Made by a program: the position numbers and the translations under genes. The notes beneath the pieces were generated by a model. It did no database searches. It was not told where the DNA came from and worked only from the letters and a program-made list of their open reading frames with translations. From Deltaproteobacteria bacterium (GTDB lineage Bacteria > Myxococcota > Myxococcia > SLRQ01), in the NCBI GenBank assembly GCA_007128675.1, contig SKWY01000299.1, positions 1 to 34,911 of the forward strand: 34,911 nt of DNA, in the 5' to 3' direction. Position 1 is the stretch's first letter, and the number at the start of each line of letters is the position of its first letter. Shown here piece after piece: positions 1-7,137 of this stretch.

Positions 1-87
1 AATCTTTGATTGCGGGTCGGGCTCTCTTGGCTGCTCGAGCAGTAGGCAGGCTACTCGTGGAAAATGGCGGCCCAGGGGCTCATCCAT
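1..87 (-). CDS. Possible 5' end of imuB (Y-family-polymerase-like SOS mutagenesis protein), truncated by the window edge
   Basis: An ATG at 87-85 (minus strand) overlaps the imuA stop (ATGGATGA). The frame stays open for 29 codons to the window edge (MDEPLGRHFPRVACLLLEQPREPDPQSKI). The VACLLL segment resembles ImuB N-termini, and the position after imuA matches the known imuA-imuB-dnaE2 order. The fragment is too short to verify. Confidence 0.3.
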   Translation of the reverse strand, partial: MDEPLGRHFPRVACLLLEQPREPDPQSKI

Positions 88-955
88 GCCCATTGCCCGA
101 GAATTGGCCGAGCGCCGCCTGTTTTCTAGCCAGGGTCAGCCTTGCCTTTCTGCCCTCGCCGCCTAGACGAGATCTGATTAGCGTCGCGTCGATGGCAACC
201 CCTTGAAAGGTACGCGGCCCGAGATTTTCCATCTTCGGGGTCATGATGGCCTGGCTCGAGGCGTCGTAGCCGCTCTCTCTCGCTGGCGTCACACGAGGAC
301 CCTCGTCGCTCCAGAAGAGGCCGGTCCGCTCCAAGCGAATACATAGCGTCGCGATCCGAAAGAGAAGAGGTGGTGGGGGCGCATCCGAGAGGATGAGGCA
401 GCGGCTGGCTCCTGGTACGGAGCGCCCAAGACGGGCGGCGGCGCTCTCGCAGAGCTTATGGGGCCGGCGGCGTCCTACGGATCCCAGAGGATCGTCGCCT
501 GCGCCGAGATCCATGACGAGCAGGGATAGGGCGCCGCTTCTTAGCGTCAGGATGGCCGCGTGCAAGGCCTCTGATATGTCGCCTGGAGGAGGTCGAATCA
601 TCAGCACTCGCTGAAGGTCTAGGCCCGCCGCGGCAGCCGAAGGTGGGTGAAATGTTCCTTGCGTGTCGATCCAGGCTATGTGATTGCCGGTATTCGTAGG
701 GGTGGCCGCGATTGCCAGAGCGATGCTGGCTCGGCCGGAAGAGGGGGGGCCGCAGATGAGAGATATCCGCCCACCTGGGAGGCCGCCCCTTGGGAGTAGG
801 GAGTCGAAGCCGGCCAGCCCCGTTGGCTGGAAAGAAAGAGGGTTTGCGCCCTGGAAGGTCGCCGATGGGAAGCGGCGGCGCAGGGAGCCTTGCAGCTGCT
901 CGATCTCTTGGCGTCGATTACTCGGCGAGGACCGGTCCTTCATCATGCCGAACAT
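80..955 (-). CDS. imuA: ImuA-like RecA-fold SOS-response protein (cell division inhibitor SulA/ImuA family)
   Basis: 291-aa ORF 45 nt downstream of lexA on the same strand. It has a degenerate P-loop-like segment (GRISLICGPPSSGRASIALAIAA) and a WIDTQGTF segment typical of ImuA/RecA-like proteins. The true start could instead be the ATGATG at 946-941. Confidence 0.6.
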   Translation of the reverse strand: MFGMMKDRSSPSNRRQEIEQLQGSLRRRFPSATFQGANPLSFQPTGLAGFDSLLPRGGLPGGRISLICGPPSSGRASIALAIAATPTNTGNHIAWIDTQGTFHPPSAAAAGLDLQRVLMIRPPPGDISEALHAAILTLRSGALSLLVMDLGAGDDPLGSVGRRRPHKLCESAAARLGRSVPGASRCLILSDAPPPPLLFRIATLCIRLERTGLFWSDEGPRVTPARESGYDASSQAIMTPKMENLGPRTFQGVAIDATLIRSRLGGEGRKARLTLARKQAALGQFSGNGHG

Positions 956-964
956 TATACGAAC
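950..964 (-). promoter_or_regulatory. GAAC-N7-GAAC direct repeat (GTTC-N7-GTTC on the coding strand) overlapping the annotated imuA start; candidate LexA box
   Basis: The plus strand reads GAACATTATACGAAC. The minus strand reads GTTCGTATAATGTTC and contains a perfect TATAAT hexamer. The pattern equals the alphaproteobacterial-type SOS box consensus GTTC-N7-GTTC. It lies in the short lexA-imuA junction. Confidence 0.35.
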
Positions 965-1000
965 GGGGTCCGACAGGAAAGGCTCGATGTCCCCCGGCCG

Positions 1001-1612
1001 CTAGTCGAAGCGTCTCAAGACCCCCACCACCTTGCCTTGAACTTTCACCGACTCCGGCCAGGTCGGAGCCATCGTGGGGTTTGCGGGCTGCAGACGAACG
1101 CGTCCCCGGTCTCGGAATACCTTTTTCAAGGTGGCCGAGCCGTCGGGTAGAAGGGCGACTGCAATCGCGCCGTTTTCCACTCGAGACTGCTCCTTGACGA
1201 TGACCAGATCACCGTCGAGGATATGGCTGTCGATCATAGAGTTTCCTTGAACCTTTAGGGCATAAGTGCCTTCAGGGGCAAGAGAACTTGGCAGAAATAG
1301 GGGTTCTTCTGGAAGCTCGATTGCCTCGATGGGCCCCCCGGCGGCTATTGATCCCCGGACTGGAATCTCGTTCATCTCCCGGTCCTTGAAGCTGCCTTCC
1401 AGCTCGATCAACCCAAGGCCGTGGGCCGAGCCGTCCCTTTCCAAGATGCCTTTGGCGCAAAGAGCATTTATATGCTGCTGGATCGTGGAGGGGGCCCTGC
1501 CCAGCCGGCTAGCAATCTCTCTTACAGAGGGCATTCTCCCCTTGCTGGACGCAAAGCCGCGGATGAACTCGAGAAGCTCGAGCTGGCGAGCGGAAAGGGG
1601 CCTCATCTTCAC
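1001..1612 (-). CDS. lexA: LexA transcriptional repressor (S24 self-cleaving peptidase)
   Basis: 203 aa. N-terminal winged HTH (MPSVREIASRLG..STIQQHINAL). AAGG segment at the expected Ala-Gly cleavage site. Catalytic Ser in QGNSM and Lys in TLKKV. GTG start at 1612, alternative ATG at 1606. Confidence 0.95.
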   Translation of the reverse strand: MKMRPLSARQLELLEFIRGFASSKGRMPSVREIASRLGRAPSTIQQHINALCAKGILERDGSAHGLGLIELEGSFKDREMNEIPVRGSIAAGGPIEAIELPEEPLFLPSSLAPEGTYALKVQGNSMIDSHILDGDLVIVKEQSRVENGAIAVALLPDGSATLKKVFRDRGRVRLQPANPTMAPTWPESVKVQGKVVGVLRRFD

Positions 1613-1650
1613 CTCGTGGATGCGGGTTTCTCCGCAATAATGTGAGGATA

Positions 1651-1668
1651 CTTCGAAGACAGCTTCGA
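1651..1668 (-). promoter_or_regulatory. Candidate lexA operator: TCGAAG-N4-CTTCGA inverted repeat, also readable as CTTCGA-N6-CTTCGA direct repeat
   Basis: The plus strand reads CTTCGAAGACAGCTTCGA, 39-56 nt upstream of the lexA GTG. It differs from the Gram-positive/actinobacterial Cheo-type box TCGAAC-N4-GTTCGA only at the innermost base of each arm. Confidence 0.35.
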
Positions 1669-1763
1669 GAAAAGCGTCGAGGCCGACTCTCCTTGTCCCT
1701 CGGCTCTCGCCCTTTCCGATCCGCTCCTCGAGTATGGAGGGGATCCATTAGTCAACCTAGGTA

Positions 1764-1792
1764 TTGACTCACTGCGCCAACGCCGTGATATT
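1764..1792 (+). promoter_or_regulatory. Sigma70-like promoter candidate for aspS (TTGACT-17 nt-GATATT)
   Basis: TTGACT at 1764-1769, a 17-nt spacer, then GATATT at 1787-1792, about 80 nt upstream of the aspS GTG. The -35 element is part of an inverted repeat GTCAA-N8-TTGAC (1751-1768) centred on CCTAGG. Confidence 0.3.
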
Positions 1793-1872
1793 GCGGCTGG
1801 TAATGCTCCGGCCCGAGGTCGGTTTCTGGTCGCCTCGTTATTTTTGCGAAGGCGGCTGAAGGAGGAGGTTTA

Positions 1873-3654
1873 GTGGTGGCCGAACCCAAGCTCATCAGCG
1901 ATCTGAAGCGCACTCATTCTTGCGGTAGCCTGCGTGCGGGGGACATTGGCGAAAAGGTGGTCCTTTTCGGCTGGGTCCATGGGCGCCGCGATCTTGGCGG
2001 CTGCGTGTTCGTGGATCTTAGGGATCGACATGGTCTTACGCAGGTAGTCTTCGATCCGACGGTCGAGGCCACGGCCCACGGCATGGCGAGCGAGCTGCGC
2101 GGTGAGTACGTGGTCGGGATCCAGGGCACGGTGCGTTCTCGTGGGCACCAAATCAACGAGAGCATGCCCACCGGTGAGATCGAGGTCGCGGCCAGCCGGG
2201 TGGAGATATTCAGCAAGGCCGATACTCCGCCTTTTCACATAGAGGACGAGATCGACACGGGCGAGCAGCTTCTGCTTCGTTATCGCTACCTGGATCTTCG
2301 CCGTCGCCCTCTCCAGAACATCCTCGTGCGTCGCAGCCGCATGGCCCAAGCCACTCGCACCTTTCTCGATTCAGAAGGCTTCTTGGAGCTGGAGACGCCC
2401 TTTCTGACCAAGAGTACCCCCGAGGGAGCTCGTGACTATCTGGTCCCTTCGCGGGTGAACCCGGGCAAGTGGTTTGCCCTCCCGCAGTCGCCCCAGCTCT
2501 TCAAGCAGCTCTTCATGGTGGCCGGTTTCGATCGCTACTTCCAGATCGTGAAGTGCTTTCGTGACGAGGATCTACGCGCTGATCGGCAGCCGGAGTTCAC
2601 CCAGATCGATCTCGAGATGTCTTTCGTCTGCGAGGAAGACGTCCTTTCCTTGGTCGAAGGCATGATGAGCGCGATACTCGAGGCGGACGGTAAGGAAGCC
2701 GTCCCCAGGCCGTTTCCTCGATTGACCTTCGATGAAGCAATGAGCCGGTTCGGCTCGGATAAGCCGGATGTCCGTTTTGGGCTGGAGCTGGTGGACGTCT
2801 CCGATATCGCTCGGAAGAGCGGTTTTCGAGTCTTCGCCGACGCCGTGGACAAAGGCGGAATCGTCTCTGCGATAAACGCAAAGGGCGCGGATCTCTCTCG
2901 CTCCAAGATCGACGGGCTGGCCGAGGAGGTGGCGATCCACGGGGCCAAGGGCCTTGCTTGGGCGAAGGTGAAACCGGAGGGTTGGCAGGGTCCCGTGGCG
3001 AAGGTGGTGAGCGAGCAGGCAAGGGAACAGATCGTGGAGAGGCTCGGTGCCGTCCCGGGCGACGTGCTCTTCTTCGTAGCCGACAGAAGGGAGGTCGTCT
3101 TGGCTTCCCTTGGTCACCTGCGCCTCGTTTTGGGCGAGATGTTGAGCCTCATTCCCAAGGATGTCCTCTCGTTCGTATGGGTGACCGACTTCCCCTTGCT
3201 CGACTACGACGAGGAGCAGGGAAGGTGGGTGGCGCTGCATCATCCTTTCACCTCTCCCAGGGAGGAGGATATTCCCAGGCTCGAGAAGGATCCCGGATCA
3301 GTCCGTGCAAGAGCCTACGATCTCGCCCTCAACGGCAACGAGATCGGGGGCGGGTCGATTCGAATCCACGATAGAAGCGTCCAGGAGATGGTATTTCGAA
3401 CTTTGGGACTCTCCGAGGAAGAGCAGCAGGCGAAGTTCGGCTTCCTGTTGGATGCATTCAGGTTTGGCGCACCGCCACATGGCGGCATAGCCATGGGCTT
3501 CGATCGGATCGTGATGCTACTGACCGGGGCCAGCTCAATCCGCGACACCATCCCATTTCCCAAGACCCTAAGGGCCGTGGACGTCATGACCGACGCGCCC
3601 AGTGAGGTCGATTCGAGGCAGCTAGAGGAGCTTCACGTCAAGAACGTCCTCTGA
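1873..3654 (+). CDS. aspS: Aspartyl-tRNA synthetase (class IIb)
   Basis: 593 aa. Class II motifs are present (FQIVKCFRDEDLRADRQPEFTQIDLEMSF, GGGSIRIHD, GIAMGFDRIVMLL). GTG start is preceded by GGAGGAGG. Confidence 0.97.
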   Translation: MVAEPKLISDLKRTHSCGSLRAGDIGEKVVLFGWVHGRRDLGGCVFVDLRDRHGLTQVVFDPTVEATAHGMASELRGEYVVGIQGTVRSRGHQINESMPTGEIEVAASRVEIFSKADTPPFHIEDEIDTGEQLLLRYRYLDLRRRPLQNILVRRSRMAQATRTFLDSEGFLELETPFLTKSTPEGARDYLVPSRVNPGKWFALPQSPQLFKQLFMVAGFDRYFQIVKCFRDEDLRADRQPEFTQIDLEMSFVCEEDVLSLVEGMMSAILEADGKEAVPRPFPRLTFDEAMSRFGSDKPDVRFGLELVDVSDIARKSGFRVFADAVDKGGIVSAINAKGADLSRSKIDGLAEEVAIHGAKGLAWAKVKPEGWQGPVAKVVSEQAREQIVERLGAVPGDVLFFVADRREVVLASLGHLRLVLGEMLSLIPKDVLSFVWVTDFPLLDYDEEQGRWVALHHPFTSPREEDIPRLEKDPGSVRARAYDLALNGNEIGGGSIRIHDRSVQEMVFRTLGLSEEEQQAKFGFLLDAFRFGAPPHGGIAMGFDRIVMLLTGASSIRDTIPFPKTLRAVDVMTDAPSEVDSRQLEELHVKNVL

Positions 3655-3665
3655 AAGGAGGGGCC

Positions 3666-5330
3666 GTGTTCGACCTCATCGTAATCGGTGGAGGCGTGAA
3701 CGGCAGCGGCATCGCAAGAGACGCTGCGATGCGCGGCTTGTCGGTCGTGCTATTGGAGCGGGAGGATTTTGGGGTGGGGGCCAGCGGCAATAGCTCCTGG
3801 ATGGTGCATGGCGGTGTGCGCTACCTGTTCTCCGATCCGACCGTCACTCGGGACTCCTGCCGGGACTCCGGGTACATCCAGAAGATCGCATCGCACCTAA
3901 TCTTCCGGATTCCCTTCTTGATGCCCACGGTCGGTGGCAGGCCCGGCGGGCATCTCATGGATCGTGGCTATTTGTACGGCGTGGAGAGCTTCCTTGGGGT
4001 CTACGATCGATACCAGCCTCTGAAGCACGGCAAGCAGTCGGTACGCCTCTCCGCCAAGGAGGCCTATGACATCGAGCCTGGGCTACGAAGGGACATCGTG
4101 GGGGCGGCGACGCTGGACGAGTACGGCATAGACGCGTTCAGGCTTTGCGTGCTCAATGGTCTGGCCGCTTGTGAGAAGGGAGCCGATATTCGCACTTGGA
4201 CCGAGGTCGAGAGACTACTCCGTGATGGGAGCGGTAGGGTGCGGGGCGTGCTTGCCCGAGACAGGCTGACCGGAGACGTGGAGGAGATAGAAGGGAAGGT
4301 CACCGTGAATGCCGCGGGGGCTTGGTCGCCTCGCCTCGCGGGCCGAAACGGCCTTTCCGTGAAGATGAGGCCGGGCAAGGGGATCCACGTCGTTCTCGAC
4401 AGGAAGATCTCGAACTATGGCATCATCTCCCAAGCGGTCGATGGCAGGGATGTGTTCATCATCCCCCTCGAGACATCCTCGGTCATAGGAACGACGGACG
4501 ATGACTTCTATGGCGATCCGGGTCAGATCGAAGTGACCAACGACGAGGTCTCCTACCTTTTGGAGGCAATCGAGCACCTGCTCCCCGAAATAAGGAAGGC
4601 CAGGGTCATAAGGACCTACGCCGGTGTGAGGCCTACTCTCTACGAGTACGGCAGAAACGAAAGCGATCTCTCTCGGGATCACGCGATAGTCGATCACGCG
4701 GCGGAGGGGGCGCCGGGAATGCTGTCCATGGTCGGCGGCAAGCTCGCGGCATATCGAATGATGAGCGAGGAAGCCGTCGATTTGGTCGAGGACGCGCTTG
4801 GTCGTCCGCGCTCGAAATGCAGGACGGCGCTGGAGCCCCTGCCTGGAGGGGCTCCTCCACTACCCGACCCGGCTCTCTTGTCCGAGAAGTACGAGACGCC
4901 TCCCTGGGAGACGGAGCGGCTCGTGCATCGTCAAGGTAGCAGAGCCGAGGATGTGCTCGTCCTAACCAAGGATGAACCTGCTCTTCGGGCGCCGGTCTGT
5001 CAGTGTGAGGGGGTACTCGGCGCGGAGCTGGTTTGGTGCATGCGCAACGAGCACGTACGGCGTCTTTCGGATCTGATGCGCCGCTGCCGGCTCGGCCATG
5101 GACCCTGTGGGGGGACCCGCTGCGCCAGGACGGCCGCGACTATCTTCGCAAGGGAGCGAGGCCTCGATGCCGAGGCGGCCATGGCGGAACTCGTGGATTT
5201 CTTGGAAGGCCTCTGGCGCTTTCGCCGGCCGGCCCTCGATGGGCACCAGCTGGCACAGGAGGAGCTTGCTCGGGGCATTTGGCTGTCGTCCGCTGGGCTT
5301 GACGAGCCCGCGCGGGGAGGGTGCAGATGA
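3666..5330 (+). CDS. glpA: Anaerobic-type FAD-dependent glycerol-3-phosphate dehydrogenase, subunit A
   Basis: 554 aa. N-terminal dinucleotide fold (DLIVIGGGVNGSGIARDAAMRGL). C-terminal BFD-like 2Fe-2S Cys cluster (CQCEGV...GPCGGTRC), as in E. coli GlpA. RBS AAGGAGGGG. Starts only 11 nt after aspS. Confidence 0.85.
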   Translation: MFDLIVIGGGVNGSGIARDAAMRGLSVVLLEREDFGVGASGNSSWMVHGGVRYLFSDPTVTRDSCRDSGYIQKIASHLIFRIPFLMPTVGGRPGGHLMDRGYLYGVESFLGVYDRYQPLKHGKQSVRLSAKEAYDIEPGLRRDIVGAATLDEYGIDAFRLCVLNGLAACEKGADIRTWTEVERLLRDGSGRVRGVLARDRLTGDVEEIEGKVTVNAAGAWSPRLAGRNGLSVKMRPGKGIHVVLDRKISNYGIISQAVDGRDVFIIPLETSSVIGTTDDDFYGDPGQIEVTNDEVSYLLEAIEHLLPEIRKARVIRTYAGVRPTLYEYGRNESDLSRDHAIVDHAAEGAPGMLSMVGGKLAAYRMMSEEAVDLVEDALGRPRSKCRTALEPLPGGAPPLPDPALLSEKYETPPWETERLVHRQGSRAEDVLVLTKDEPALRAPVCQCEGVLGAELVWCMRNEHVRRLSDLMRRCRLGHGPCGGTRCARTAATIFARERGLDAEAAMAELVDFLEGLWRFRRPALDGHQLAQEELARGIWLSSAGLDEPARGGCR

Positions 5331-6598
5331 TGACTACCTCGTCCGATGTTCTCGTGGTTGGAGGAGGTATGGCCGGGGCCGTGGCGGCCCTAGCCGCGGC
5401 GACGCGAGGCCGCTCTGTCACGCTCCTTAGAAAGGCCCCCGGAGCCACGGCTCTTGCCAGCGGCGCCATCGATCTCGCGCCCATGGGGGAGCAAAGGCAT
5501 GTGACGAGTGTTGCCGTTGCTTCGGCGACTGCCGGCTGGCTCGAGGCGGTCGCTTCCAGATCTCCCTCCCATCCTTACTGCGCCGTCGGTCCCCGCGGGC
5601 TTGCCCTGATTGGTGACGCGGCGGACATGATTCTGGGTCGCCTGGCCGACGCCGGGCTTCCCCATGCCCCCTTTGATGCAAAGGGGCGAGGACATCTCGT
5701 GGTCGACCTGACAGGAAAGGTCAGAAGAGTTGCCAGCGCCCAGGCATCACAAAAGCTGGAGGAAACGGAGCCGGGGAAGCGACGAATAGGCGTAGTCCGC
5801 TTCCGCCGCCACCTTTCCCTCGATACGGGACTCACTCTCGCCGGACTGCGCGCGGTATTTGCCAACGTGGTACCCGTGGAGGTGGACTGGCCCGATGAGG
5901 CCGACGGAGCCTTCCTGTTGCCCGTGGAGATTGGTAGAAGGCTCGATGATCCTCGTGGGCGATCCGCGCTCTTCAAGCTTCTTCGCACGGCTGTTGCTGG
6001 GAAGAGGCTCACTCATCTAGTTCTTCCTCCCATCGCCGGCTTGGAGCACGTCAGCGAGGTCATGCGCGCCGTCTCGGATGTGACGGGCACCAAGGCCGTC
6101 GAGACTCTTGGCGGAGAGGCCTCCTTGCCTGGCCACAGGCTAGATAGGGCTCTTAGCCGCGCTCTCGAGGCCGCGGGCGTTCGTTTGGAGACGAATGCCC
6201 ACGGGGCATCCGATGGCAAGCTGAAGAGATTCCCCGGCGCCATCGTGCTCGCTTCGGGCCGCTTCATCGGCGGCGGCCTCGAGCGAAGAGATCGGCTTCG
6301 AGAGACCATCTTCGATTTGCCCGTCGACGATGGAGCACGCCCGATCAAGGACGAGCCCCTCGATGTCTTGACCTCCAGAAGGGGTCTTGGTGCGCACCGG
6401 GTTTTTCGAGCGGGCATTCGGATCGACGAGAACCTTCGGCCTCTCGATGTGGGTGGCAAGCCTTTTCGGGAGGGCTTGTTCGCGGCGGGCTCGGTGATAG
6501 GAGGTCATGATCCGCAAGCGGACTTTTCGGGCATGGGAGTGGCGATTCTCACGGGTTATCTCGCCGGGCTGCGCGCGGCGGAGTGGAAGAGGTCATGA
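5321..6598 (+). CDS. glpB: Anaerobic glycerol-3-phosphate dehydrogenase, subunit B
   Basis: 425 aa. N-terminus (DVLVVGGGMAGAVAALAAATRGRSVTLL...GATALASGAIDL) parallels E. coli GlpB. Probable start is the ATG at 5327, forming an ATGA overlap with the glpA stop. Confidence 0.7.
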   Translation: MQMMTTSSDVLVVGGGMAGAVAALAAATRGRSVTLLRKAPGATALASGAIDLAPMGEQRHVTSVAVASATAGWLEAVASRSPSHPYCAVGPRGLALIGDAADMILGRLADAGLPHAPFDAKGRGHLVVDLTGKVRRVASAQASQKLEETEPGKRRIGVVRFRRHLSLDTGLTLAGLRAVFANVVPVEVDWPDEADGAFLLPVEIGRRLDDPRGRSALFKLLRTAVAGKRLTHLVLPPIAGLEHVSEVMRAVSDVTGTKAVETLGGEASLPGHRLDRALSRALEAAGVRLETNAHGASDGKLKRFPGAIVLASGRFIGGGLERRDRLRETIFDLPVDDGARPIKDEPLDVLTSRRGLGAHRVFRAGIRIDENLRPLDVGGKPFREGLFAAGSVIGGHDPQADFSGMGVAILTGYLAGLRAAEWKRS

Positions 6599-7137
6599 AG
6601 CAGCTAATAAGGCGTTTTCGGGCTCTGGCGCTCCTGGGTATCCAGGCGTTGATCTTGCAGCCAATCAAGAGGCTGCGGAACCTCAAGGTCTCGGGAGAGG
6701 CTCGTTTCCTGGAAGCCTACACACCCGATCGTCTACTGCCTCTGACCGTCGAGGAGAGAAGGAGGCGCGATCGATTCAATGCCTGTATCAACTGCGGCCT
6801 ATGCGATGTGTCATGCGACCTATTGGCATCGGTTCGACGAAGCAGGCTGCCCTCCTTGTCTTCCGTTGCTGTTGGCTATGGCCGCTCGATGACCGAGTAC
6901 CCCTTCGCGCGGCTATCCCTCGAAGAGCTTTCGTCCTGCGACGATTGTCTCCGTTGTGAGGCTGCATGCCCACGTGGGGTTCCGCTCAAGGAGATGATAG
7001 ATGATCTTTTGGCCCATGCCACACGACTGGATAAGGCGGGCTTCGGGATGAAGCGTCTTTCCGCGGGCAGTGGCGGGGCGCTGGAGCTGCCTGAGAAGAG
7101 GCCTCTTGCGGCCGCTGGCATGGAGAAGTCCGAATGA
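6595..7137 (+). CDS. Small 2x[4Fe-4S] ferredoxin-domain protein with a hydrophobic N-terminal helix
   Basis: Two Cys motifs are present: CINCGLCDVSC and CDDCLRCEAACP. The N-terminal segment LIRRFRALALLGIQALILQPI is hydrophobic. The ATG at 6595 overlaps the glpB stop (ATGA). An alternative GTG lies at 6583. Confidence 0.6.
   Translation: MKQLIRRFRALALLGIQALILQPIKRLRNLKVSGEARFLEAYTPDRLLPLTVEERRRRDRFNACINCGLCDVSCDLLASVRRSRLPSLSSVAVGYGRSMTEYPFARLSLEELSSCDDCLRCEAACPRGVPLKEMIDDLLAHATRLDKAGFGMKRLSAGSGGALELPEKRPLAAAGMEKSE

Noticed and set aside
2572-3243. 223-aa and 141-aa minus-strand ORFs inside aspS
   Set aside because: They are antisense to a near-complete, highly conserved aspartyl-tRNA synthetase and have no independent support.
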